A stretch of DNA of 50,661 bases from Shigella phage Shfl1, in the sequence record HM035024; one strand, written 5' to 3'. A program made the position numbers and the translations under genes. Below are positions 26,402 to 35,756 of the stretch, piece after piece (the stretch's first letter is position 1; the number at the start of each line of letters is the position of its first letter). The notes beneath the pieces were generated by a model, which saw nothing but the letters and a program-made list of their open reading frames with translations, did no database searches and was not told the origin of the DNA.

Positions 26402-29400
26402 ATGATTCAAAAAGTGATAAGCGGATCGAAAGGCGGTTCACCTAAGCCGCATAAGCCAGTTGAGATGGAAGATAATCTAATCTCAATCAACAAAATCAAG
26501 ATCCTGTTAGCTGTGTCTGATGGCGAGATTGACGAAACATTCAGCCTAAAGCAGTTGATGTTTAACTCAGTCCCGGTGCAAAACGAGGATGGCTCATTTA
26601 ACTTCGAGGGAGTAAAGGCAGAGTTTAGGCCGGGGACGCAGACTCAGGAATATATCAAGGGGATGGAAGATAGCTCTAGTGAGGTAACTGTAAACCGTGA
26701 GGTTACTACAGATAACCCATACACGATCTCAGTAACCAACAAAACACTTTCGGCAATCCGTATCAAAATGTTTATGCCTCGCGGCGTACGAATTGAAAGC
26801 AACGGTGATAAAAACGGCGTAAGAGTTGAGTATGAGGTGCAACAAGCTGTTGATGGCGGCTCGTTTGAGACGGTGCTCACCGATGTAATCGAAGGCAAAA
26901 CAATGTCAGGTTACGATCGAAGCAGACGTGTAAACCTACCTAACTTCAATAATCAGGTGATATTCAGAGTCGTTCGTAAAACTCCAGACTCTAAAGACTC
27001 GAACGTTGTTGACGCGATTCAAGTAAAGAGCTATGCCGAGGTGATTGATGCTAAATTCCGTTACCCTCTGACTGGTCTTCTTTTTGTCGAGTTCGATTCG
27101 AAGATGTTCCCAAACCAGTTGCCTACGATCTCAATTCGTAAGCGCTGGAAGATTGTAAACGTTCCGTCAAACTATGATCCAGAATCGCGAACTTATAACG
27201 GAAATTGGGATGGAACTTTTAAGAAGGCGTGGACGAATAATCCGGCTTGGGTGCTTTATGACCTGATGATTAATCAGCGTTATGGGCTGGATCAGAAAGA
27301 GCTTGGAATATCTGTCGATAAATGGGCGCTATATGAGGCGGCGCAATATTGCGATCAGATGGTTCCTGACGGTAAAGGCGGTACGGAGCCTCGCTACCTT
27401 TGTGACGTGATAATTCAGTCACAGACTGATGCGTACAAGGTGATTCGAGATATTTGCTCAATCTTCCGTGGCATGAGCTTTTGGAATGGTGAAAGCATTT
27501 CGGTAATCATCGACAGGCCGCGTGAACCTGCGTACATCTTCACTAACGACAACGTGGTTAATGGTGACTTCTCCTACACGTTCGCAAGCGAAAAGAGCAT
27601 GTACACGACGTGTAATGTGATGTTTGATGATGAACAAAACATGTATCAGCAGGACGTTGAGCCAGTATTCGATCGTGAGGCTACTCTACGTTTTGGGAAC
27701 AACGTAACGAGTATTACAGCGATCGGTTGCACACGTCGAAGCGAGGCCAACCGACGCGGGAGGTGGATTCTGAAAACTAACCTCCGCAGCACTACGGTAA
27801 ACTTCGCTACCGGACTTGAGGGCATGATCCCGACAATCGGAGATGTTGTAGCAATAGCTGATAACTTCTGGTCAAGTAACTTGACGATGAACCTGTCAGG
27901 GCGTTTGCTCGAAGTATCCGGTAGTCAGATTTTCCTGCCGTTCCGCGTTGATGCTCGCGCAGGTGACTTTATTATCGTAAATAAGCCCGATGGTAATCCC
28001 GTGAAGCGCACAATCTCAAGTGTTAGTGCGGATGGTAAGACTATAGAGGTTAACATCGGCTTTGGCTTTCCTGTGAAGCCTAACACGGTATTCGCAATCG
28101 ACCGTACCGACATTGCGTTGCAGCAGTACGTCGTGACCAAAATCGACAAGGGTGATGATGATGAAGAGTTTACCTACAAGATTACTGCGGTTGAGTACGA
28201 TCCTAACAAGTACGATGAGATTGATTACGGAGTTAACATCGACGACCGACCGACGAGCATCGTTGAGCCAGATCAGATCCCTAAACCGGAAAACGTGCAG
28301 GTGTCCTCAGAGTCGAGAATCGTCCAGGGTATGAGCGTAGAAACGATGATTGTTAGCTGGGATAAAGTGCCGTACGCAGTTTTCTATGACGTCCAGTGGC
28401 GAAAGGATAACGGCAACTGGCAGAACGTTCCGCAGACGGCAAACAAAGAGGTTTACGTTGAAGGGATTTACGCTGGAAACTATCAGGTTCGCGTTCGATC
28501 TGTAGCTGGCTCAGGTACGACTTCAGGATGGTCAAATATCGTAGCTGCGACGCTGACGGGTAAACAAGGTGAGCCGGGACGACCTATTAACCTTACAGCT
28601 ACGGATGATGTTGTTTTTGGTATCCGTACAAAATGGGGGTTCTCTGATGGTTCTGGAGATACGGCCTATACAGAGTTGCAACAGTCACCGGATGGAACAG
28701 TGGATAACGCAAGTTTGCTTTCTTTGATTCCGTACCCGCAGCATGAGTATTATCACTCACCGATGCCTGGAGGGAATATTGTGTGGTATAGGGTAAGGAC
28801 GGTTGACAGGATCGGTAACGTGTCTCAGTGGACTGATTTTGTCAGAGGTATGGCATCAACAAACGTTGACGATATCATCGGAGAGATTTCTGTCGATATC
28901 GAAAACTCGCCGGGTTACGAGTGGCTTGTTGATAACGCAACAGACAACGCGGCGCAGAACGCAGCTAACGCAGAGGCAGCAATAGAAAACGCGCTCGCCA
29001 ATGACAAAGACGCGATCTACATGAAGAAGGAGAACGGAAAACGAAAAGCTGAGTACACGAAATCACTTAAACTTATTGCTGATGAGACGCAGGCGCGAGT
29101 GACGTCGATCGAGCAGTTGAAGGCAAGTTTTGACGATCAGATTAGCGCAAGCAATAGCGAATTGCGTGAAGTTATAGCGACTGAGACTGGAGCGCTATCG
29201 CGTGAAATTGACCAACTCAAGGCAGAGATTGGTGATGATATCCAGGCAAGTTTGACTGATATCAGAGAGGCTATAGCAAACGAGACTGAGGCGAGAACGC
29301 AAGCTGACTTGTCGTTAAGCGCGAGGCTCGGGAATAATGAGGCGGCACTTTCTCAAAAACTTGATTCGTGGAGTAACGCGGATTCGACTGGTGCAATGTA

Positions 29401-29851
29401 CGGCGTCAAATTGGGTCTTAAATACAACGGGCAGGAATACAGCGCAGGCATGGCTATGTCTCTGATTGGTTCCGGCGCTGCGGTTAAGGCTCAGATTTTA
29501 TTTGAGGCATCACGATTTGCCATCATGACTGGAATGAATGGTCAGACGCAGTACCCATTCGTTGTTGAGAATGGCCAGGTTATTCTAAGTAGCGCGATCA
29601 TCAAGGATGGATTTATTACTAACGCCATGATTGGTAACGCGATTCAGTCTAACAATTGGGATGGAAATCAAGGGTGGCATATTAACAAGAATGGCGCAGC
29701 TTACTTCATGAACGCAACCGTAAGAGGTGCTTTGTATGCAAATAACGGAGCCTTTGCATTCAACGGGACAAACAATACGGTTCAGATAAACAATAACGGG
29801 ATCACGGTTAACCTACCTAACGGTGGACGAGTGGTTGTTGGTGTATGGTAA
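26402..29851 (+). CDS. central tail fibre / host specificity protein (lambda gpJ-like)
   Basis: 1149 aa; last large gene of tail cluster; fibronectin-III-like segments; Gly/Asn-rich C-terminal region. Confidence 0.8.
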   Translation: MIQKVISGSKGGSPKPHKPVEMEDNLISINKIKILLAVSDGEIDETFSLKQLMFNSVPVQNEDGSFNFEGVKAEFRPGTQTQEYIKGMEDSSSEVTVNREVTTDNPYTISVTNKTLSAIRIKMFMPRGVRIESNGDKNGVRVEYEVQQAVDGGSFETVLTDVIEGKTMSGYDRSRRVNLPNFNNQVIFRVVRKTPDSKDSNVVDAIQVKSYAEVIDAKFRYPLTGLLFVEFDSKMFPNQLPTISIRKRWKIVNVPSNYDPESRTYNGNWDGTFKKAWTNNPAWVLYDLMINQRYGLDQKELGISVDKWALYEAAQYCDQMVPDGKGGTEPRYLCDVIIQSQTDAYKVIRDICSIFRGMSFWNGESISVIIDRPREPAYIFTNDNVVNGDFSYTFASEKSMYTTCNVMFDDEQNMYQQDVEPVFDREATLRFGNNVTSITAIGCTRRSEANRRGRWILKTNLRSTTVNFATGLEGMIPTIGDVVAIADNFWSSNLTMNLSGRLLEVSGSQIFLPFRVDARAGDFIIVNKPDGNPVKRTISSVSADGKTIEVNIGFGFPVKPNTVFAIDRTDIALQQYVVTKIDKGDDDEEFTYKITAVEYDPNKYDEIDYGVNIDDRPTSIVEPDQIPKPENVQVSSESRIVQGMSVETMIVSWDKVPYAVFYDVQWRKDNGNWQNVPQTANKEVYVEGIYAGNYQVRVRSVAGSGTTSGWSNIVAATLTGKQGEPGRPINLTATDDVVFGIRTKWGFSDGSGDTAYTELQQSPDGTVDNASLLSLIPYPQHEYYHSPMPGGNIVWYRVRTVDRIGNVSQWTDFVRGMASTNVDDIIGEISVDIENSPGYEWLVDNATDNAAQNAANAEAAIENALANDKDAIYMKKENGKRKAEYTKSLKLIADETQARVTSIEQLKASFDDQISASNSELREVIATETGALSREIDQLKAEIGDDIQASLTDIREAIANETEARTQADLSLSARLGNNEAALSQKLDSWSNADSTGAMYGVKLGLKYNGQEYSAGMAMSLIGSGAAVKAQILFEASRFAIMTGMNGQTQYPFVVENGQVILSSAIIKDGFITNAMIGNAIQSNNWDGNQGWHINKNGAAYFMNATVRGALYANNGAFAFNGTNNTVQINNNGITVNLPNGGRVVVGVW

Positions 29852-29854
29852 CAG

Positions 29855-29880
29855 AAAGGGGCCGATTGGCCCCTTTTTTA
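29855..29880. terminator. bidirectional intrinsic terminator between convergent gpJ-like and receptor-binding-protein genes
   Basis: GGGGCC-GATT-GGCCCC flanked by A-run and T-run. Confidence 0.65.
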
Positions 29881-30843
29881 ATACATGTTTGGAGTGAAAG
29901 GAATTGGCATTGAAATGTTTATATTGAAGGGGAATCGCGCTCCGCTTTGGGTGGAATAGTTACCTACTCTTGTTCCGGGGGCGCTTCTCACGTTACCGCC
30001 ACTCATACACACGCCCTTGTATCGAATGTTATTATATCCACCTGTAACTCTGCATATTGTACCAGTTCTAAGTATTGGGAAAAATCCACCGCACCACTGC
30101 CACCCGTCATTTATCGCCATAGTCCCGCCGAGAACAAAAGGACGTCGAACGATTGAGAAAACAATCTGACCAGCAGGATTGCTCATAGTGATTCCAGGGC
30201 CGGGAGGTGGTGGGGTGTTATTAAATATTACGAGTTGAACGTATACGCTCGCGCCAACGTCATCAATACCGTTATAGTTTGCGTCTCTGCACCATATTGT
30301 ATTCCCGTCAGATTCAAGTGTTACATTTGGGTTATCCCACATACCGAAAGGAACACCCTGGACTGGCAACTGAGCCTGACCGTTAACCTGGATGCCTCCA
30401 ACAAATGCCGCACTCATCAACCTGGCGTTATTCGGTATCGCCGCGAAGTTCGTTGAATCGCTAACAAGCATCCCCTGATTTCCAGCCTGGGCGGGGAGAA
30501 TTTCGTAACAGTTGCCGTAAAACCTCATCCTTCTTCCACCATGACCGTTAAAATTACCTACCGTTATTCTCCCGGTTGAATCATTAACCTTCTGAAAGCT
30601 GGTTAAATAATACACCTCCGGGATATAATCCATGTCGTCTATGTAGATAGCCTGAGATGGAAGGCAAAAAGCGGTAGATCCTGGACTCATTTGCAGACCA
30701 AAATCAAAAACCGATCCAGATGAATCAACCCCGTCCGCTTGTATTGGTCCGCACCATGAAGGGGCGCGAAGTCCAGAGGTTATCTCCATTGCCGGACGAC
30801 CGTCATTTAGGTTTATGTATATTCCTTGTCCCATAATTACCAC
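29878..30843 (-). CDS. putative receptor-binding protein
   Basis: 321 aa Gly/Asn-rich protein convergent on gpJ-like gene and co-transcribed with a small lipoprotein, an arrangement like T5 pb5-llp; no catalytic motif. Confidence 0.35.
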   Translation of the reverse strand: MVIMGQGIYINLNDGRPAMEITSGLRAPSWCGPIQADGVDSSGSVFDFGLQMSPGSTAFCLPSQAIYIDDMDYIPEVYYLTSFQKVNDSTGRITVGNFNGHGGRRMRFYGNCYEILPAQAGNQGMLVSDSTNFAAIPNNARLMSAAFVGGIQVNGQAQLPVQGVPFGMWDNPNVTLESDGNTIWCRDANYNGIDDVGASVYVQLVIFNNTPPPPGPGITMSNPAGQIVFSIVRRPFVLGGTMAINDGWQWCGGFFPILRTGTICRVTGGYNNIRYKGVCMSGGNVRSAPGTRVGNYSTQSGARFPFNINISMPIPFTPNMY

Positions 30844-31067
30844 TCTTTGGTTTTGATTGATACCTTACCGCTGAAGTTACCCTGATCGTCGTCGGATGAC
30901 AGACCTTTGAATCGCATATCTATTTCTCCAGCCGGAACCTTCTTGCCGTCAACGAATCGCATCATGCAAGATCCGTAAGTGTAAGTAACGCAGTCTCCAT
31001 TTTTAAGATTCTGAGCGCAACCAGTCAGGATGAATGCAGCAGTAATAATGGCGATTAACTTTTTCAT
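30837..31067 (-). CDS. small lipoprotein, putative superinfection-exclusion factor (Cor/Llp-like)
   Basis: Signal peptide MKKLIAIITAAFILTGC with lipobox LTGC; start trimmed to internal ATG 31067 (GAGGA RBS); adjacent to putative receptor-binding protein. Confidence 0.45.
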   Translation of the reverse strand: MKKLIAIITAAFILTGCAQNLKNGDCVTYTYGSCMMRFVDGKKVPAGEIDMRFKGLSSDDDQGNFSGKVSIKTKEW

Positions 31068-31124
31068 TTGTATGTCCTCGTCTTTAGTGTGATTGCATTG
31101 TATGTCGCATTTACTTTTATTGCA

Positions 31125-31140
31125 ATAGCACGATTGCAAT
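31125..31140. promoter_or_regulatory. palindromic motif variant ATAGCACGATTGCAAT in divergent intergenic region
   Basis: Near-perfect palindrome TTGCAATAGCACGATTGCAA. Confidence 0.3.
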
Positions 31141-31146
31141 TTTTTA

Positions 31147-31320
31147 GTGTAACAGGTGTCTATTTTTGTAACCGTAACGGGTGTTACAAAATACACCACA
31201 TCCGATCGCAGAGGGATATGATAAAAACTCTATATAATATATATAGATAGATAATATTTAATTTTAGCTTTATATATATAATTATTGCTGTGTAACAGTT
31301 GTCTATCGTGTAACAGGTGA
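31147..31320. repeat. iteron-like repeats GTGTAACAG(G/T)TGTCTAT
   Basis: Copies at 31147-31163, 31290-31306, partial 31308-31320; inverted half-sites TGTTACA (31414) and ATAGACACC (31432); palindrome TGTAAC-N10-GTTACA at 31167-31188. Confidence 0.7.
31230..31246. repeat. 17-bp AT-rich palindromic element CTATATAATATATATAG (copy 2)
   Basis: Identical to 171-187. Confidence 0.85.
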
Positions 31321-31480
31321 TTTTATTGATTCGTCAAATTTCTATCATATATGTTCAAAATTTAATCAATATTGATTCTATTCATGGATATCTGTGTATT
31401 TCTAAGAAAATGCTGTTACAAGTATTACACAATAGACACCACATAAAAACAGTGCTAAGCTATTGATTACGTTGACACTG

Positions 31481-31515
31481 GTTGTAACTTGAGCGATATA
31501 GACACGCAATTACAC
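31481..31515 (+). promoter_or_regulatory. candidate sigma70-type promoter for exonuclease/erf/ssb operon
   Basis: TTGACA (31481-31486), 17-nt spacer, GATATA; overlaps a TGTAAC iteron half-site. Confidence 0.35.
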
Positions 31516-31593
31516 GCCAATTACATGTATTCGATTGACTAAACGCCGTTAATGGCTATAATGGATTCATCGTAAACGAAGGAGATAAACGCA

Positions 31594-32658
31594 ATGTTCC
31601 AAGTATTCACATCAAGTCAGCTTTCTAATGACGAGTATCATAGTAACGAAGGTTGGGCGGCAGAGTATGTAAGCGGATCGAGCCTTGCAGAAATCTACCA
31701 AACTTGCCCGGCTAACTGGCGATTCAAGAAGAATGAGACAACGAAAGCGCTTGAGTTTGGCACTCAGTCGCATACTAACTTTGAGAGTCGTGATCTGTTT
31801 ACTGCAACGTATGCACGTTGTCCGGCTCCGTCAGAGTTCAAGGATCTGATTACGTCACAAGCCGCACTGGCTGCAAAATTAAAATCTTTCGGCCTGAAAG
31901 GTACATCCGGCAAGCAATACCCGGACCTCATCAAAATGATGATTGATTGCGGTGAAGAACTCAACGTTCAGTATCTGATCGAACTGATCGCAGAAGCAGA
32001 GGCGCGTGCTGAAGGAAAGCAATTGGTTGACGCTGACAAATACGACGCCTGCATGAAGATGAGGGCGATCCTTGAGCAAAATCCGGATCACGAAGCATGC
32101 ATCAATAGCGAGACGGCTCAGCGTGAGATCTCAATCTTCGGTGAGATATCCGGCGTCAAAGTTAAGGTTCGTCTTGACCATCTGGACTACAAAGAGAATG
32201 TTCCAGGTCGTGTGCTGACTGGTTATGATGAGAGCGGCGATCCGGTATTTGAAGACGTTATTTTCCCTGAAGCGCTAATTATCACTGACTTCAAAACCAC
32301 GATGAGCGCTAACCCGTTAGAGTTCCCGAGACTGGCATACAATCACGGGTATTATCTTAAAATGGCCTTGCAGCATGACCTGCTACGACGTGCAATCCAG
32401 GCTGGCGCTTTTGAAGGAAACTTTCCGGAAGATATCCCGATCGTAGTTCGATTGCTTGCGCAGGAGAAAAAAGAGCCTTACATCGCACTTGCTTACCGTA
32501 TGACTATGGAGCAAATCAGGATCGGGCGCAGTCAGTACATTAGCGTAGTCCACACTTACAAGGCTTGCTCTGAAATGGATGTTTGGCCTGGATACGCTGG
32601 CGATGCAAGCGAGATTGAACTTGAAACGCCGTCATGGGTACGCTACCAAAACAAGTAA
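31594..32658 (+). CDS. putative PD-(D/E)XK exonuclease (RecE-like)
   Basis: 354 aa; D..E..K-like segments VRLDHLDYKE and IITDFKTT; immediately upstream of Erf and SSB genes. Confidence 0.45.
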   Translation: MFQVFTSSQLSNDEYHSNEGWAAEYVSGSSLAEIYQTCPANWRFKKNETTKALEFGTQSHTNFESRDLFTATYARCPAPSEFKDLITSQAALAAKLKSFGLKGTSGKQYPDLIKMMIDCGEELNVQYLIELIAEAEARAEGKQLVDADKYDACMKMRAILEQNPDHEACINSETAQREISIFGEISGVKVKVRLDHLDYKENVPGRVLTGYDESGDPVFEDVIFPEALIITDFKTTMSANPLEFPRLAYNHGYYLKMALQHDLLRRAIQAGAFEGNFPEDIPIVVRLLAQEKKEPYIALAYRMTMEQIRIGRSQYISVVHTYKACSEMDVWPGYAGDASEIELETPSWVRYQNK

Positions 32659-32732
32659 ACGGCACAAATAGCTAAACAAATAATTAATGAGGTGTTATAA
32701 TGCACCTCATACACCAATCAGGAGAAGTTAAG

Positions 32733-33380
32733 ATGCAATTATCACCAGAAACAAACGAAATACTTCCGGCTCTGTTCAACGCTCGCAATAAATTCGCGAA
32801 GGCAAAGAAGGACGCGAAAAACAATCACCTGAAAAATTCATACGCAACTCTTGACGCAATGATGGCGGCAGTAAGTCCGGCGTTAACCGACAACGATATC
32901 ATGATCCTGCAATCAATGCTGGATACCAGTACAGAAACTACTTTCCATCTTGAAACTATGCTGATTCACAAATCAGGGCAGTGGGCCAAATTCTTCATGA
33001 TGATGCCGATTGCAAAACGCGATCCGCAAGGCGTAGGTTCTGCAATGACGTATGCGCGACGTTACTCTCTAGCCGCAGCGCTTGGAATTAGCCAAAGTGA
33101 CGACGACGCGCAGCTTGCGGTGAAATCTGTCAAGGACTGGAAGAAAGAACTTGATGCGTGTGAAGATATCGAGTCACTGAAGGATGTTTGGGCCAATGCT
33201 TACCGCCAGACTGACACAGCGAGCAAGTCAATCATTCAGGATCACTACAACGCACTGAAGGCTAAGTTTGAGATCGGAAAAGCTCGCGGCATTCGCCCGG
33301 CCAAACCGGAACAGAAAAAACAGGTTGAAGCAACGAGCGCGAAACCTGTACAATCCCAATCAATAACCAACTTTGAATAA
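32733..33380 (+). CDS. erf: single-strand annealing protein (Erf family)
   Basis: N-terminal region (LPALFNARNKFAKAKKDAKNNHLKNSYATLDAMMAAV) resembles Erf family; start trimmed to ATG 32733. Confidence 0.5.
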   Translation: MQLSPETNEILPALFNARNKFAKAKKDAKNNHLKNSYATLDAMMAAVSPALTDNDIMILQSMLDTSTETTFHLETMLIHKSGQWAKFFMMMPIAKRDPQGVGSAMTYARRYSLAAALGISQSDDDAQLAVKSVKDWKKELDACEDIESLKDVWANAYRQTDTASKSIIQDHYNALKAKFEIGKARGIRPAKPEQKKQVEATSAKPVQSQSITNFE

Positions 33381-33426
33381 CAACTCGGGCGGCTTCGGTC
33401 GCCCATAAATTTTAGGAGAGAAAATC

Positions 33427-33840
33427 ATGCATATTATCACTGGCGAGATCCGAAAAGAGCCTAAGATTCTTGAACGTAATGGCGGGAATACTTATATAAT
33501 CGAACTGGCAGAAAGCTACAAGCCTCGTGATGGCGATCGCGAATACACAAACTACACATTCTTTTTTAGCGATGGTGGAAAGCCTGGTCTTGCTGACTGG
33601 TATCGTGAAGCATTCCAGGTTGGTCGCGTAGTGTCAGTATCGTGCGAGACGTTGAAGATCTCATCCCGTGAGCACAACGGAAATGTTTACAATTCATTGC
33701 AGGCTGCTGATTTTCCGAAACTGGTATTCAGTCAACGAGGTCAAGGTAATCAACAACGAGCACCGCAGCAACAACAACGAACGCAATCACAGCCACAGCC
33801 AAATCCTCAATCAACTTTCGATGATGATATCCCGTTCTAA
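33427..33840 (+). CDS. ssb: single-stranded DNA-binding protein
   Basis: OB-fold-sized N-terminal domain, Gln/Pro-rich linker and acidic C-terminal tail DDDIPF. Confidence 0.65.
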   Translation: MHIITGEIRKEPKILERNGGNTYIIELAESYKPRDGDREYTNYTFFFSDGGKPGLADWYREAFQVGRVVSVSCETLKISSREHNGNVYNSLQAADFPKLVFSQRGQGNQQRAPQQQQRTQSQPQPNPQSTFDDDIPF

Positions 33841-33844
33841 CAAA

Positions 33845-33872
33845 AATCCCCGCATTGCGGGGATTTTATCAT
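33845..33872. terminator. bidirectional intrinsic terminator between convergent ssb and tail fibre genes
   Basis: ATCCCCGC-ATT-GCGGGGAT flanked by A-run and T-run. Confidence 0.65.
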
Positions 33873-35653
33873 TTGGACTTCAACATTTTTATCTCTTCTT
33901 GTAACTCTTCAACTTTCTTTATTGTATCCTGCAAAGCTCTCATAGTGTCAAGCAATAAAGGAGTTGTATCAAGCTCAAGCCTTTCAACTTTTGGCCCGTT
34001 TAGCTCGTGGCTCTCATACAACCTTCTCTTAACATATAGATTGTCGATCTCTTCTATCTCCTGAGCTATAACACCTCGCCTTACCCTTTCTTGCTCATCA
34101 TCGTTAAATATAAAGTTCCTAAATCTCATTGATTTTATATTGTTGTATGCAATGCTTGATTCATCATCCTTTATGCTGTGCTTTATATTTCTGTCAGATG
34201 CCGGAACTTGTTGGAAACTTCCAGCCCCTTGCGGTCCAGCGTAAGATATTTGCCCTGAAGCCATAAACCTGAAATGCATTTGCAGACCAATATTGCCTGC
34301 TCCATCCCTATCTTGAGCACCTACTGATATTTGTGCCCTGGGCCATTCAGGATTGCCCGTAGTCATCATGCCAAAAGCTACGCCGCCAACGTACCCTTGC
34401 CCCCTCGTATCACACGATCCAGCAACAAGCGATTGATAGTTTTCAGCACCACTATCGGCGGTGAAAGCATTTCCTTGAAAGCATGAAGCGGACCACATCT
34501 GGTTATAACCCATAGTTGTTTTCTGGCATAAAAACTGATTGGATCTGAATCTATTGTTAGTCTCGAAGTAGTTTGCATATTCGTAAAATAATAAAGTCCC
34601 AGCATATCCATCACTGCCATTTTTTTTTCTGACGTAAATCCCTGGCTCAGACACTCCATCAGGTGACATAATCATCAATGATGACAATATGGACTGACTA
34701 CCCCAGTTAGAACCGTCCCATGAGTTCCTTCCTGCACCTATAGCCCCGGTGGTGTTAATAGTAAGAAAGTTAACAGCATCATTTTCACCTAACCCAATAT
34801 TTTTTCTAGACTCTTTTTTGTTCACAAGACCAGAGAGATTACCATCCTTAGTTAAAAGATTATCGGCATTAATGCTATTAGCTGCGTCTTTAGCTTCTTG
34901 AGCGCTTACCGAAGCCGCATCTTTTGATCTTACGGCATCGTCACGCGCTGCCTGAGCATCGTTTTTTGCAGAGGTTGCCGTTTGCGCTGCCGTTTGAGCG
35001 TCGTTAACGTAAACCGATAAATCACCTTTAGCATCATTAATTGCCTGAATAGCCGAAGCCTCTTCCGTGTCGATGTGAGAGATGACAGATGATTCCTTAG
35101 AGCCGATATCAGTGATAGCCTGATCTTTTGCGGCATTAATTCCACCGACAGCACTGTCAACAATCTGCTGTGTCTGATTCTTGATTGAGTTAGTTTCATC
35201 ACGCGCAGCGTTGGCTGCGTCACGCGCTAATTCAGCCTGATTTTGCGCAGCTTGAGAATCAGATTTCGCCTTATTCACATCAGCAACTATTTGCTCAAGT
35301 TTATTCATATCAAGCTGATTTATCAGATCTATAGCTGCCGCGATCTCAGTCTCTTTGCTTTGATAGTATCGAAGCGTCTCGGCAACGTTTTGAGCTAAGC
35401 CGTTAACAGTTAACGAATCGTTAAGCAAGATCACATACTTTCCGTCAGATGCGGTCTGACCATCCGTAGAGATAGCCTTTAGCTCTGTGTCGCTCACAAT
35501 ATCGCTAATTACAGCCAGCTTAATTGGTTGCTCCAGGAATACGATAGTTGCACCGACTCGAATCAGAGCAAGCTGATCTTTCCATTTTGTATCTGTTCCG
35601 TGAACCGTACCGTCTGCATCCATTGATGCAGTACCGCGTCTGTATAAAGCCAT
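33869..35653 (-). CDS. tail fibre protein with C-terminal intramolecular chaperone (peptidase S74-like) domain
   Basis: 594 aa; C-terminal segment ...SDRNIKHSIKD...LLDTMRALQDTIKKVEELQEEIKMLK matches auto-cleaving chaperone domains of endosialidase and T5 L-shaped fibres; Ala/Gln/Asp-rich coiled stalk. Confidence 0.75.
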   Translation of the reverse strand: MALYRRGTASMDADGTVHGTDTKWKDQLALIRVGATIVFLEQPIKLAVISDIVSDTELKAISTDGQTASDGKYVILLNDSLTVNGLAQNVAETLRYYQSKETEIAAAIDLINQLDMNKLEQIVADVNKAKSDSQAAQNQAELARDAANAARDETNSIKNQTQQIVDSAVGGINAAKDQAITDIGSKESSVISHIDTEEASAIQAINDAKGDLSVYVNDAQTAAQTATSAKNDAQAARDDAVRSKDAASVSAQEAKDAANSINADNLLTKDGNLSGLVNKKESRKNIGLGENDAVNFLTINTTGAIGAGRNSWDGSNWGSQSILSSLMIMSPDGVSEPGIYVRKKNGSDGYAGTLLFYEYANYFETNNRFRSNQFLCQKTTMGYNQMWSASCFQGNAFTADSGAENYQSLVAGSCDTRGQGYVGGVAFGMMTTGNPEWPRAQISVGAQDRDGAGNIGLQMHFRFMASGQISYAGPQGAGSFQQVPASDRNIKHSIKDDESSIAYNNIKSMRFRNFIFNDDEQERVRRGVIAQEIEEIDNLYVKRRLYESHELNGPKVERLELDTTPLLLDTMRALQDTIKKVEELQEEIKMLKSK

Positions 35654-35673
35654 AGTATAAACTCCTTAAGTAA

Positions 35674-35715
35674 ATAGCACGAATTGCTAAACAATGATTT
35701 TATCATTGTGCTATC
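35674..35715. promoter_or_regulatory. inverted pair of motif copies between tail fibre start and primase stop
   Basis: ATAGCACGAATTGCTAAAC followed by AATGATTTTATCATTGTGCTAT. Confidence 0.35.
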
Positions 35716-35729
35716 TGACTTGCAATGGA

Positions 35730-35756
35730 CAATAAAAAACCGCCAGAAGGCGGTTA
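35730..35756 (-). terminator. intrinsic terminator after primase (minus strand)
   Basis: Minus strand AACCGCCTTCTGGCGGTT followed by T6. Confidence 0.6.

Noticed and set aside
26644-28535. Short ORFs on both strands inside the gpJ-like gene (26644..26898, 27270..27461, 27925..28149, 28152..28334, 28353..28535)
   Set aside because: Embedded in the 1149-aa host-specificity ORF; no independent start signals.
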